Origin: Lama glama
Taxonomy: Eukaryota
Direction of reading: 5' to 3'
DNA: 64,000 bases
Assembly: GCA_028534125.1 (NCBI GenBank)
Contig: CM052818.1
Span: 47,680,001-47,744,000, forward strand
The notes beneath the pieces are model-generated. The model searched no databases, was not told where the DNA came from, and saw only the letters and a program-made list of their open reading frames with translations. Positions 26,901 through 39,200 of the stretch are shown here, piece after piece; within the stretch, counting starts at the first letter, position 1; every line of letters begins with the position of its first letter. A program made the translations under genes and the position numbers.

Positions 26901-28489
26901 AGGGCTTCGTTCTCCTAAGAGGGACATGACGTAGCCTGATCGGTTATTTCTCATCTATCACTCTTGTCATCGACTGAGGGTTTATATCCCGCCAACGTCC
27001 CCGCCAAGGATGGATATCCCCTGGACTTCAACCACATCAATGACTTACTCGCTCCTTCCGGCAACAGACATTAACTGAGCACCAGCTATGCTTAACCACC
27101 GCGCGGTCTGCCTGAAAACCCCTCACCCGCGCACTGGTTCTCACCCTGGCCTCCTCTGCCTGAGAGCCAGCCCCTCGCCCACAGCCCGCACGAAGCACTG
27201 CTAGCCGTCCAGCACCCAGGCTGGAGGGCCGGCTGGGTCCCTGAAGCGCCCAGGCCCTGCCTTCCCTCCACGTCCAGCGCTCACTCTGCCCCTCGGCGAC
27301 CCCAGCGGGACGCGCGTGTCCTCTCCCGGGGACTGTGCTTTGTCCACCCTGTGAATCCCTCTGGGCCCGCAACCCGGAGCACAGTGCTGAGGAGGCTCGG
27401 CTTCCGAGTGTTCTTGTCCTCACGGGCTTCTGCGGATCCCGGGACCAGTAAGGAACTGGGGACGCCAAGTCAGGTCAGCCTCATCTCAGCCTCGTCTGGG
27501 CGTCCACGCCGCGCCTCCCAGAGCCCCGTCTCCTTGCTGTGTTGTGGAGATGACAGTCCTTGCAGACGCGAGAGCATTCAGATCAACCCGCCTACGGTAG
27601 TGAGCAAACTGGCCGATGTCACCCGCTCCTGACAGTATCTTTTTACACCTGGAGTGAGACTCTTGCTTCTAGACTGTACACCTCCAGTTCAAAGTGAATG
27701 GCTGATATTTTTTAACCGAATGACCCAAGAAATTCACTACCTTCCTCTACACACACACACACACACACAGGGCAACACTTTAAGTCCCTCATTCGACAAG
27801 CGTCTAGTACGTGTCTACTGCATGGCAGACAGCAGGAGGAGCCGGTGATGCAAACACGCAAAACCCATGTTTACAACGTATTATAATTTCCAAAATCCCT
27901 GGAGAAAACTGACAGTCAAGTCCACTGTTGTGAAGCTTTCGAAATTTATTCCTTTTTAGATTCGGGGCCTTTCATAACGGTTGTGGTAAACAGTCTGAGA
28001 AGCGAGAACAGACTGTGCTCTCCTGGCTCGTTCTCGTGTGCGGAAAACCACGTTAAAGGCGTGGACATTCTGAGTGGGTTTTCTAAGACAATGAGAGCAA
28101 GACACAGAGTGAATGGAACTATGTATTGCAAAAGATAACTCCCTAGGGGAACGAGTGAGTGCCTTGGTTTTCCCACGTGTAGAAGTTTCACTCCGCTTCT
28201 CTCCCTGTGAGCCAGCGTCCGGCAGGGTCACCGCCAGCGCCCCGGCGGCGTGAGCTGTGATGCTGGCGGGGGGGCGTCAGACCCTGCGTGTCCCGCGGGT
28301 CCCGGAATGAGCACAGCAGCGGGGCTGTGGGGGAGGGGCCCTTCCATGCGGAGTGGGAGGAGGGGAGTGACATTCTCGGTGGGACCATCGTCCACGTCAA
28401 CGCCGGGATTCAGTAACGACTTGACATGTTGTCAGGCACCTTACAATCTCCTTGCACTTCCTCATTTATCTTTAGAAAAATCCTTGGGG

Positions 28490-28700
28490 GGAAACAGAGA
28501 ACCAACCAGCGGTTACCGGTGGGGGGCGGGTAGGGCCATCCCGGGGTTGGGGGAGTGGCGGATACAAGCCACCAGGTGTAAGACGGGCTCAGGATGTGCT
28601 GGACAACCCGGGGATGAGGCCAATGTTTTGTAATAATTGTAAGTGGAAAGTAACCTTTAAAACCTGTATAAAAATTAAAATAAATAAATATTGAAAAAAG
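28490..28700 (+). mobile_element. L1 3' terminal fragment
   Basis: acagagaaccaaccagcggttacc ... gccaatgttttgtaataattgtaagtggaaagtaacctttaaaa followed by an A-rich tail. Confidence 0.75.
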
Positions 28701-29450
28701 CAAGTTAAAAAAGGCCCTGTGGGGCATTTTAACCCACATTTTCAAATGAGGAAAGGGGCACTCTGGGTCAGTCACATGCCTAAGAAATCACCCCCCTGGG
28801 ACTTGTGTCCAGGGCGCCCTGACCGCAGGGGCCACAATCCTGGCCCCGAATCAGCGTTGGCCCATCCCTAAAAGGCACTCCTCGAGTGATGCTAGAAGGG
28901 AAGAGGGGGTTGTGAAAACCCAGTCAGGAGCAGGGGTGGCTGTTTTTAGATGGCTGGTCACTCACCGGCTTAGACAGAGCCCGGCTAATGCGGGCATCTG
29001 ACGCTGTCTCAGGGTCTGGTCGCGTCAACAGCCACCTTCTCCCCGGGTAACGCCTGCACACGTGAGATCAACCCTCAGAACATCCTTCCGCCCACACACA
29101 TGCGCCAGTCAGCCCTGACACCCGCCTGCACCCCGCGATCTGGGTTCCCCAAGAGTCTTTGGTGTCAGTCAGTGCCGACACAGAGAGGAGTATTTTTGTG
29201 GGGAGAGTGAATACACGTGCCCGTGCAAACACCCAGGCAGACTTAGTTGGCTTAAAAGCAACTGTTTCTCAGCAGAGCATTCTCTGGGGCTATTGCCTCA
29301 TTCCAGGTTAGCTCAAAGAACTGAGGTCCAGCCAGAGTGGGGGAGAGCTGTTTCAGGGGCAGGGGAGGCTCAGCGACCCCCCGACACTTGGTTCTTATCC
29401 GCTTCCTCTGATTGGCTTCACTGGGTCCACCCATCACGGACCAGGCTCTC

Positions 29451-29902
29451 TCTTATGGGCTGAGCTGTGTTCCCCCAAAAGCTGTTGGAACCTTCACCCC
29501 AACACCTGTGAATGTGACCTGATTTGGAAATAGGGTCTTGGAAGACATCGAGCTAAGATGAGGCACACTGGACTGGGTGGGGGCTAATCCAATGACTGAA
29601 GTCCTCATAAAAAGAAGAAATTAGGGCACAGAGACAGATGGGCACAGGAGAGGACCACGTGAAGATGAAGAGAGACTGGACTGATGCGCAGACAAGCCAA
29701 GGAACGCCCGGGATGTCGGCCAACCTCCAGCAGCTGGGACAGAGGCTGGAACCGGATCTCCCTTAGGGGCCTCCGAAGGAGCCAGCCCTGCGACACGCTG
29801 ATCTTGGCCCCCTGCCCTTCAGAAATCTGCGAGAGTAACTTTCTGTTGTTCAAGCCCCTCAGTGCGTGGTGCTTTGCTACGCAGCCCTAGAAAACGGACA
29901 CG
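29451..29902 (+). mobile_element. MaLR solo LTR (MLT1B/C-like)
   Basis: ttatgggctgagctgtgttccccc ... gaatgtgacctgatttggaaatagggtctt ... taatccaatgactg ... gcagccctagaaaac. Confidence 0.85.
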
Positions 29903-30689
29903 CACCCCACTGCTTTAGAAACAAGGTCGAGGCCCAGAGCTCTGGCACCTGCCCCTGAGGCTGAGCACTGACCGCCCAGCCCCGAGGGCCCCTCAGCCGA
30001 AACCCCTGCGCTTGCTGGGCCGGGCCACCCCCTTGAACACGCCAGCGCTCCTCTTTGCTTGGCGGATGCTTACTCGCGTGCAAGACCCTGTTCACACGCC
30101 TCACCCTCCCAACAGCCTCCTCCGGCCCCCACCCTGGCTGAAGTGCGGTGCGCAGCCACCACCACACTGGTCACACCTCGCGCTGGTCGGCGGATCTGCC
30201 TCCCTCCTGACAAGGGGCCCCTAGTGAGCAGGGACGCTGTGTCTGGCCACCAGCCCACAAAATGCACCTGCCCCCATCTGCACTTTGAGATTCTAAGGAT
30301 GGTTTTCAAAATGTGAACCTATTCCTGATTTTTCTTTTCATGTTACAGGACAAGGTATATACACACACTCTTCCATGAAGTTTAGATGAAGAAAATTAAG
30401 GGGAAACACTCAGCTATTATTTTTTCTCCTATTAAGCACACAGTATCCACTTACCCTTTTTCCCCACAGTGAAAGGATGTTCACTGACTTTCTCTGATGC
30501 TCCCAAAACCTTTGGCAACTTTGCAAGTACTTGTCTCTGTGGATGGAGGGGGAGGTGCTTTCCGAAGCCGCTGTCCTGGGCTGGCTCCTTGAGGTGGGGG
30601 CAGAGAGGGCGGGAGTGGGCTCCCTCACTCCACACCCAGGATCGTTTGGGCTTCAAGGGAGTTGAGAACATTGGCAAGATGGGAAGCCT

Positions 30690-31122
30690 CAGAACACGGG
30701 GACGGACCCCGAGGGCGACGTGCTAAGTGAACTAAGCCAGACGGTGAAAAACAAGGATCATACGGTTTCACTTCTATGTGGAATCAACAAAATAAAACAA
30801 ACAAGCCAACAAAACATAACAGAACAGACTCACAGTTACAGAGAACCAACCAGGGGTTGCCAGAGGGGAGGGGGCAGGGGCTGCACAAAATACGTGAAGG
30901 AGATTAAGAGATACAAACTTCCGCCGAGAAGGTAAGTAAGTCTGGGGATGTAATGCAACAGGGAATACAGTTCACACGACTGCAGCCGCTTTGGATGGGA
31001 GCTTTGCGCGGTAGCTGGTCTTAATGTGGTGACCATCGCATGATGTATAAAAATTTTGACTCACTATGCTGTACACCCGAAACAACATAATAGTATATAT
31101 TAATCTTAACTTAATTTTAAAA
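30690..31122 (+). mobile_element. L1 3' fragment (ORF2 end + 3' UTR), GC-shifted
   Basis: gctaagtgaactaagccagac...tcacttctatgtggaatc (MLSELSQT-like ORF2 end) through ctatgctgtacacccgaaacaacataata and an A tail. Confidence 0.8.
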
Positions 31123-31253
31123 AGCTGTTTTCCCAGCAGTGTAAGGCCCCCCTCCCGTCCACATCCAACCCTCACAACGTTTTCAATCTGCAAGCCAGCA
31201 GCCACCTAAGAATGTACAAAAGACAGAGCCAGACAGGATTTACAAAAGTAACC

Positions 31254-31259
31254 TGTATT
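31254..31259 (-). terminator. Candidate distal poly(A) signal AATACA (variant)
   Basis: Plus tgtatt = minus AATACA, followed on the minus strand by U/GU-rich sequence (ttttgtaaatcctgtctggctctgtcttttgt). A second AATACA is at 31336-31341. Confidence 0.4.
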
Positions 31260-31807
31260 CCAGCCAAAATAGCTTTAAAAAGAAATCCCTTCTAAAGGGG
31301 GGACAAACTACATAAGACGCAGTACACTTAAAATATGTATTGAAATTACAAATCAGACTTTTCCATATGATTCCCAAGTACAAAACACAACATTAAAAGG
31401 CATTCAAACAGCTCTATTATACATCACAGTGTTAGTGGCACAAAAATGTACTGACATTTCAAAAACAGAAATCAAACTTTTGTCTTTTTGTTGTTGTCTT
31501 TACCACCACTTGTCAAATACGTAATGCATACATGTGCATGACTCATTCATGCATATTTTTATACAAGATTAAAATACACCCACGGTAAAACGAGCGCGGA
31601 ATGAAGGAAAGGTCGGGTCCCCACGCCTTCCTGACGGCTGCCGGAATCGCGGAAGACAGGATTATGCAAACCACGGGTGGGGGAGACCACGGGCTTCACA
31701 CACCCAAAGGCAGGCTCTCCTGGTTAGGACGCACGCGTTCTCCTTCAATGCACCTCCTTCCTTCCCTCCGGCATTTTTGACAAGACCGGTCATAACTCTT
31801 TGCTTTG

Positions 31808-31813
31808 TTTATT
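31808..31813 (-). terminator. Candidate proximal poly(A) signal AATAAA
   Basis: Plus tttatt = canonical AATAAA on the RNF144A sense strand. Confidence 0.35.
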
Positions 31814-34800
31814 TTCATGAAGTTTTGAGAGTTAATGAGAAGGAATACACAAGCTTTGGTGTTTTTTAAAAGAGACCTTCAGGAAGCTTTATACATGCAA
31901 AAGGTTTCCTCGGTGACTTCACTGTGATTTATACACACGCACGGGGTGTTTGTTAACAAGCAAGAGTCTGAGAAACGCGCAAAAAGCCACCCTGGCTCCT
32001 TCCGAGCCTCTGGTTCTTGGAGATGGCCGAGGGAAAGTGCCCTCTTCTTCCCTGCTGAATGATTTCTAACCTTTGTGATGCGGGTGAGAAAGATAAAATC
32101 GCCCCGGAGTAACTTTTGCGTGTGTGATGACCCCTCCCCGTGGGCCACGCTCTAGTCAGGAGCTGGCCTGTCCTGAAACAGTCTGATGGAACAGTACTCT
32201 GTCAAGAGAACTTGCTCCCCTTTAAAAAGATGCCAGAGGTGGCAGGTCTTGGTTCCTCAGCCTGCGGCTACTGGAGGAAGCGCTGCTTTGGACAGCAGTC
32301 CGTCTACCGAAGGTTCTGTTTGTGCTCAAGTCCTAGGTCAGTCTCTGCCACGTGGATGTGTACAGTGATGCCCGTGACGATGGCAGAGCTTGGCTAAAGG
32401 AGGCACGCCAGAGCCCAGCCTAGAGGGCAGGCACAGCCGGTGAGACCGCCCAATGTGGTCAATTACCGAGGGACTAGACCACCTACCGGTCAGCGTGCCC
32501 TCTGGCAGCACCCCACCCAGACAGCGGCAGAGTCGGCCATGGTCCCTCTCCGGGTTCCTTCTCCCCTCCCCCCTGGGATTTAGAGGCCTCGAACTGAATA
32601 GACAGACACATGCTTCCAGAGGGTCAGCGTGAAAACCATCTTTAAACGTGTCATTTTCAAAGAAGACAAACCACGCTGAACAGCAGGAACAGGTCTGTCT
32701 CCTCAGCATCAAGCCCCCGGGTCTTCCTGGGACTGACAGGCAGGTCAAAACCCAAAACACGGGCCATCTTCCCACGTCCCGTTTACACCTTACATCAAGC
32801 CTGGTCCACATGCGTCCCCGTGAACTAAGGGGATGGTATTCCTCACGGAAAGAAAAGAAGTCAGATGGGGGACACGCAGGTTTATGTGCAGATCTCAGTG
32901 TGGTCCTACTGGTGTCCTTCCAGGGAACGGACAGTCTTACTTTGTCATCACAGAATCCAACTGAGCACGCCGGGCCATGTGTGATGCAAAAACTCAGGGC
33001 GAGCAGGCGCTCCTTCAGCCTCGCCTGGCCCCAGAATCTCGGTGGTCCCTACCTGGGTCAAACCACGTGCTGTGAAGGTGTCGGGGTGAAGGCACAGAGA
33101 CGGTCGGTGCTGTGATGTGCATGATTGCCCATGGACTCCTCCAGGAGACGGACAGCCCAGCCACTAGGGATAAAGGGGTCTGAGCTCTGGCCCGACGGAT
33201 GCAAGCTTTCCAAAGGCTCTGGTCCCCGCCCTGCAGGAAGGGGTACTGCTGTACGGACCTGGCAGTGGGCAGCAGCGAGTCCAGGCAGGATGGCCTGGGA
33301 CAGGTGAAGGCCTGCCTTGTGGACCACTGGACACGGGCCACCAGCCTGCCGTCTTCCTTAGGAATTTTAAAAGACGCTGGGAGATACACGTACTCACAAG
33401 TCACAAATGAGGTCTCCAGCCTGGGCCATCGACCTCACCTTCTGACCTCACGGGGCTGTGACTCTCTCTAGAAAAGCCATCCTCCCTCCATCACATCCTC
33501 TGCAGCAACAGGGACTCAGGGCCTGGGGGCCATCCAGAAAGCTGGCCTCAGGCATGGTTTCCCTCAGTGGCCGAGCTTTTAAACTGCAACTATAAGGAAG
33601 ATATTTTGCACAAAATTTGGACACAGACTGGCTTCCTAAATGGCTTCAGTTTCAAGGGGAAGAGTAGGGTGACCCTGATTCTCCTAACCTATTAAGTGTG
33701 AAGAAATAGAGACATTTCTATACGGGCAGGTTCACCAGGACCTGAGACGGATCCCCAAATGCAGACGTGGGAGACACAGAACAGCGCCACGCGGCACGAA
33801 CGTGCTTGTAACACAGAACTGAGGCAGAAGCCAGGCGCTGTTTTCACTTCACTCCTCTGTGGAATGCTTAATAAGCTCTTCAAAAGTCCCACTGCAATAC
33901 TACATCTACCCCACTCCCCTTTGTACTAGTTTTAGAAGTCGCAAGTTGGATGCAATCATTTTGCCCTTTAAAAGCACGTGTGGCTTTAAAAACCATATTA
34001 AAGTCAACTTTCTGTAAAGAACGCACTTTCCCCGCCTTTCAAAGTCGACTGATGGAGAACCATGTGCCTAATGAACCGGGCATCCTGTTGGCACGGTAAC
34101 AGCCACACACAGCCTGTCCAAGGCCAAGAGGTTAAGACCCCAATCAACACAAATGAAATGGAGGTTGTTTTCCTTCCCCTCCAGCAGGGGTGACATGGTG
34201 AGCAACTAGACTGGGGGGTGTGTAGGACAGACGATTTCTCCACAGTAACTCAATCATTACAAAAACTGCGAAACCCAGAAGCTTCTCCCTCAGCCCCGGG
34301 GAGGCCCTGCCCCCCTGGCATCAACATCACTGCTCGCTGGGTAGCGTCCGCGGGCGGAGACTGACGCTACAGGCCAACAAACCAAAGTGAGTCTCAACAG
34401 AACTGTGTCCAAGTAAAACATTTAGCTTCTGAAGACATTAAAAAAAAATATTTGCGGATACCTGGATGAGAAGACAGGGAGCCCTGGGAGCTGAGCTGAA
34501 TCACCAGAGAGAGAAAAACAAAAGGCAGATCTAAGGATGGAGATGTTTCTTTAAACACTCAGGATTCTCAAGGAGACGCAACGCTCCAGGAACCGCGTTT
34601 GTAGCAGTCCCACCACGGGCAGCGTCCAAAAAGTCTACAAGTTTCAAGAAAAACACAAAGAGCACATAAGGCTTTCTAAATCTCCTGGAAGGCGGCCGAG
34701 CCGGAAAGGCCATTTAACAACAGCTTCCCCCAAATACACGTTTCAAGAAAGGCATAGGATGGTTTAGACGCACCTTGTTGATTTTTCACTTCTCAGTTGG

Positions 34801-35331
34801 AAAAAAAAAAAAAAGATGCCTTCGAAAAAGGATTTTACTAAATGCCATTAGTAATAAAAAGAGCTGTCATATCCAGAGTGCTTTTCTCAAGTCAGAACAC
34901 TCGGACTTGGTCTGAAGTGAGACGCGATCCTTAAAAGACTTCTTCTCTGGGCAACGTGGCGCCAGCGGGATGCCAAGGAGGAGACGGACCACGTTCTGCA
35001 CAAGAAGCTCTCCGAAGCAGCCGCCACTGGGAGAAGACTGCCCGCGGTGCTCCGCACAGCACCTCCCTGCTTACGTCTGGAGAGACCGATTCTGTGGGGA
35101 CGGGACGTGCCCCACCCACGCCAGCCTCGCCCTCCCCACGCCTGTGACGGCGTCCCGGGCCTGGGCAAACGGTCTGACATTGGTCCCTGAAATCACGGCA
35201 TCCGGCGTGACACTGTGAAGCTCGATGGGGCACGTAAGGCAAGAAAGATGTTTGGTGAGCGGGGGCGGCGGGTGGGGGCGGGGAGGACCGCGCTTCCCGG
35301 AGCAGGGTCTCGTCCCAGTGTCGTGCCTCCT

Positions 35332-35463
35332 CTAGGTGGGCAGCGGGTCGTCGTCGCCTTTGCTGCACTTGCACTTGCAGCAAAGGACAAACGGGGTGGC
35401 CAGGAGCAGGAAGGGCGAGGCCACCAAGAGCAGGAGCCCAAATCCAGCAAAAATGCCCACGAC
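35332..35463 (-). CDS. RNF144A: RNF144A last coding exon (transmembrane helix with GxxxG, Cys-rich tail, TAG stop)
   Basis: ttcctgcag|GTC GTG GGC... = VVGIFAGFGLLLLVASPFLLLATPFVLCCKCKCSKGDDDPLPT*, with TAG at 35334-35332. The six exons sum to 744 nt in one frame. Confidence 0.97.
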   Translation of the reverse strand, partial: VVGIFAGFGLLLLVASPFLLLATPFVLCCKCKCSKGDDDPLPT

Positions 35464-35539
35464 CTGCAGGAAGGAAGCAGAGGAGTGTGAGGTGGCTGCC
35501 TGTGGGCTCCACAGCTGAAGTACAGCCACACAACCACCC

Positions 35540-36110
35540 ACTCACCCATCTATCTGTCCATCATCGACCCACTGACATCCACCTAGACCCATCCGTCCGT
35601 TCCTCCATCCATTATACATGTAACATCCATGCATATTTCCATACATCTGTCATCTCTCCATCCACCTATCCTTCCATCCATCCCTCCATCATCTACCACC
35701 CATATCATCCATTCATCTCTCCATCCATCCACCCATCCTTCCATCCATCCATCCGTCATCTACCACCTATATCATCCATTCATCTCTCCATCTGTCCACC
35801 CATCCACCCATCCATCCATCATCTACCACCCATATCACCATCCGTTTATCCACCCACTCATCATCCATCCATCATCCATCCATCCATCCTCCACATATCC
35901 ATCCATCCGTCCATCATCCATGCATCATCCACCTGCCATCCTTCCATCATCCAACCATCATCCACCTACCCATCCATCTACTCATATTTCCTTCCTTTCA
36001 CTGCCTTCCATTTTTACCACCTTCCCTTTTTTCCCTTTCTTTTCTTCCTTTCCCTTCTCCCTCCCCTCCTTCCATCTATGTCCTCAAATATCCATCCAAT
36101 TATACATCCA
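35540..36110. repeat. Degenerate (CCAT)n / (ATCC)n simple repeat with a CT-rich segment, in the last RNF144A intron
   Basis: Dozens of ccat/tcca units (e.g. catccatccatcatccatccatccatcc). Confidence 0.95.
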
Positions 36111-36450
36111 GTTAACCAACAAGCTGCCTCTGAGCCAAATGCCATACTAGGTGTTGCAAACACAGAGGCACATGAGATCTCGGCCCTCAACAATCACCCA
36201 GTCTGGTGGAAAGAGACCAAGATCAAAATGATAATAATGCATCTTACAAAAATTGCCATCAGGTTCCAGGGTGTAAAGAGAGCCCCGGAGCCAGACACCT
36301 ACATTTGCAGGTGGGTTTGCAATGAGAGACGGCTGAGATTATAAGGATGAGGAGGTGGGTGGCAAACAAGGACTGGGATAAACCATTTCAGGTGGGAGAA
36401 CAGAAAGGCACAAACACGGTGCATCAGAGAGTGACCAGACCTGTATTATT
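36090..36450 (-). mobile_element. L2 3' end fragment
   Basis: caacaagctgcctctgagccaaatgccatactaggtgttgcaaacacagag...gccctcaacaatcacccagtctggtggaaagagac resembles the reverse-complemented L2 3' terminus. Confidence 0.55.
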
Positions 36451-36689
36451 CCTGGAGTTTAAAACCCTACAATTACTGTCACACATTTTGATTTTGTTTA
36501 AAGACATAGGCTTACCCCTAGATATGACTAAATGCCGAAAGAGATGAGCCTCAGATGAGGACATGCTATCATCCAAGTCAGGCAGTGTGGACGGTCAAAG
36601 AAGCAGCGGGTTGCTCTGCAACTGGTCCCCTCCACCCTCCGCCAGAGCCCAGACCTGGAATCTGAAGGTGGAGTTAGCCCGCCACCTGG

Positions 36690-36890
36690 TGTTCAGAGCC
36701 ATAAACACACGAACCTGCGGGGCTCCTGGTTCTACTTCTGACTCGGCGTGTGTTCCCCTCTCACTGGGCTTCAGTTTTCTCATTTATAAAATAAACAAAT
36801 GAAGTAAAAGACCTCGGAGGGCTGTTATCAGTTCCGAAATACGACGCAATGTGACAGCATCACATCAGTGTGCGTTAAAGTACACCCTGA
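36690..36890 (+). mobile_element. MIR
   Basis: ccctctcactgggcttcagttttctcatttataaaat ... acctcggagggctgtt (MIR core). Confidence 0.6.
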
Positions 36891-38918
36891 CAGATTTTCC
36901 TGAAAACCATCACACGCACACAAGCACCTTGTTTATAAATTGGATGGTGCTGACGCTAAGAATCCATGTTTTCTGCCGGGCTGGCTAAGTCCATCCTTCT
37001 GGACATAACATCAACAGTGGAACTAATTGTGCTCCTACTGTCTCACTCTGCCTCGCAATCCTGTGAGCTCCCCTGAACCTGGCAGTGAAACAGGCTTGGT
37101 CATAGTTTAGTGACGATTAATATTTGTTGGGAGGAGGAAGCCAGGAGGCAGCAGCTGCCACAGGAGCCAGGACAAGAACACAGGGCTCAGCCCCTTCCTC
37201 CTGACCCACCCGGAGAAAGCTCCCGTGTGTAGGCAGCAGCTGAAGGAGCAAGGATGCTGCTCCTCCAGGACCATCCACTTTGCAGAGGGAGCTGCAAGCC
37301 AGTCACGGGAAAAACCAACTGACCGACATGCTTGCACCCGAGTACGAGCTCAGAAGCGCCCTTCTGCCTCAGGCGCGGGCCCAGGGCGAAGTGGGTCCCA
37401 GCTGCCGAGGACAGGGTTTCTGTCACCAGAGATGAGACGCAGGTGTTCAAGAAGGGAAAGCGGGAATCGCAGTAACGTGATGAGCGTCAGAAGATGTGTT
37501 CGAAGTCGGGGGGCACGGGAGGGAGCGCCCACCTCTGATCGGGAGAGACTTTGTGGAGGATGTGACCCCTGAGCTTGGCTGTCAAGTGACGCAGAATTTG
37601 GACGTGCCAGGCTGGGCATGGACCCGATCAGTGGAGGAAGGAGCAGGAGATGAAGACCAGGACAACGGCAGGGCCACAGCCCAGGGGCCGGGGAGAGCGA
37701 CACAGCACAGCTGGGAGCTTCCGTGCCGGAGGCCAGTGAGTGAGGAGGAGAGACGGGGGGCGGGGGGGCTGCGGAGATCCAGTCAGGCCACCAAGCCAGG
37801 GTCCTGCCCGCCGCCCCGGGGCACCTGGACGTCAGAGCCCACCGTGACTCCTGGGCGCTCTGTGCACACGCAACACAGCTTTCCTGGGTGAGTGGATGGA
37901 AGCTCCGAGGCTGCCATAACCACAAGTGAAGCTCCGCTCGCAGGCCGATGATGAACACCCCAGCAAGAAGCCCGTCCCGGGGCTGAGGGAACAGAGGGCA
38001 CCGAGCTGATGGAAAACCGGGAGACACGTGGGAAACGCAGACTTTCTAAGCTTCCACGCTGACGCTTTACCACTAGAAACAGACGACAAGGATGCAAGTT
38101 CCTTCCGGAAACGGGCGTTCTGCATCTTGTGTCGGGGGCGGTTCTAACTGTCAAAGCCAAAGGTTTAAGGGCAAGTCGGAGTTTCAATTGTTTGCACTGA
38201 GGTCTGCTCTGGGTGCGGCTGGTCCCCCAGGCAGTCCCTGGCCTCTGGCCTCTGCTTGTCAGCTTCTCCACCACACACGCTGCTAGTGAGTGTGACTCCT
38301 TCACTGTCCTAACACTGCTCACTCAGCTTTCACCCTTCATCCCAAATCCAACACTAACGCATGGACGTCCTCGGCCACTTTGTCTACAACCCTGCGTGTC
38401 TCGGGGGCTCCTCGCATCCCAGGGAAGCGACCCCCACACCTGTGCACCTCTGTTCCATTCCACCAGCACCGAGAGGGGCCTGAGATCAGGGCTGCTTCCT
38501 TCGTCCACGTGGCCCCCGGGCATGGCTCAGAGCGGGCACGGAGGAGGTGTCCCGCAGGTGCGGACCCACCGAGGATGCCGCAAGGAGTGGTGGGAGGCGC
38601 TCCCGGCGCCCTCCTCAACAACTGTGGAGGCCCCGGACCCCCGTCCCGGTTTCTGCGTTTCTCAAGGGCCAGTTCTCTGAAGGACTGTTACCGGGAGCTC
38701 AGTGCTACCCAGGACCCCCAGGAACACGTGACTCACCCCCAGGAAACAAACAGGCACGGGGACAAGGTGTGACACCTGGCCCACGTTATCAGCCAGGGTG
38801 ACAGTTCTCGCCTGCCTCTCACGCCCTCCTGGGGAGCTCGCCCATGGCCCCAGCCACCACGCTGTTAGGAGGCTCAGGCCACGCAGAGAGACACACGTTG
38901 GAGACCCAGACAGCTCCT

Positions 38919-39200
38919 TGTTTGGAAATGGGGCCTTTGTAGCGATCATTAAGTTAAAATGACATTACTAGGATGGGCCCTGATCCATTCTGACTAGTGT
39001 CTTTATCAAAAGGGAAGTCTGGACACAGAGCAGGTGCACAGAGGAAGGTGAGTGCTGGAGAGATGCGTCTGTGAGCCGAGAGCAAGGACAGCTGGGACCC
39101 GCCAGGAGCTGGAAGAGGCAGGTTTCCAGGGGAGCGCAGTCCTGCCCACACCTTGACTTCAGACTCCTGGCCGCCAGAACTGTGAGGGAGTCTGCTCCTA
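38919..39200 (+). mobile_element. MaLR LTR fragment (MLT1B-like)
   Basis: tttggaaatggggcctttgtag...ggatgggccctgatccattctgactagtgtctttat ... ccttgacttcagactcctggccgccagaactgtgag. Confidence 0.75.

Larger units (their letters stand above)
31230..35331 (-). other. RNF144A: RNF144A long 3' UTR (3' end approximate)
   Basis: About 4 kb after the stop with no recognisable interspersed repeats, ending in an AU-rich block (31200-31580) with poly(A)-signal candidates. An L1 fragment begins just beyond it. Human RNF144A is recalled to have a multi-kb 3' UTR. Confidence 0.65.

Noticed and set aside
35464..35541. Open frame upstream of the last exon with in-frame CAGs (possible extended exon)
   Set aside because: The acceptor at 35464 has the polypyrimidine tract and gives the expected protein; the upstream AGs lack good tracts.
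35487..36344. 285-aa and 173-aa plus-strand ORFs rich in H/P/S/I
   Set aside because: Translations of the (CCAT)n repeat, antisense within the last RNF144A intron.
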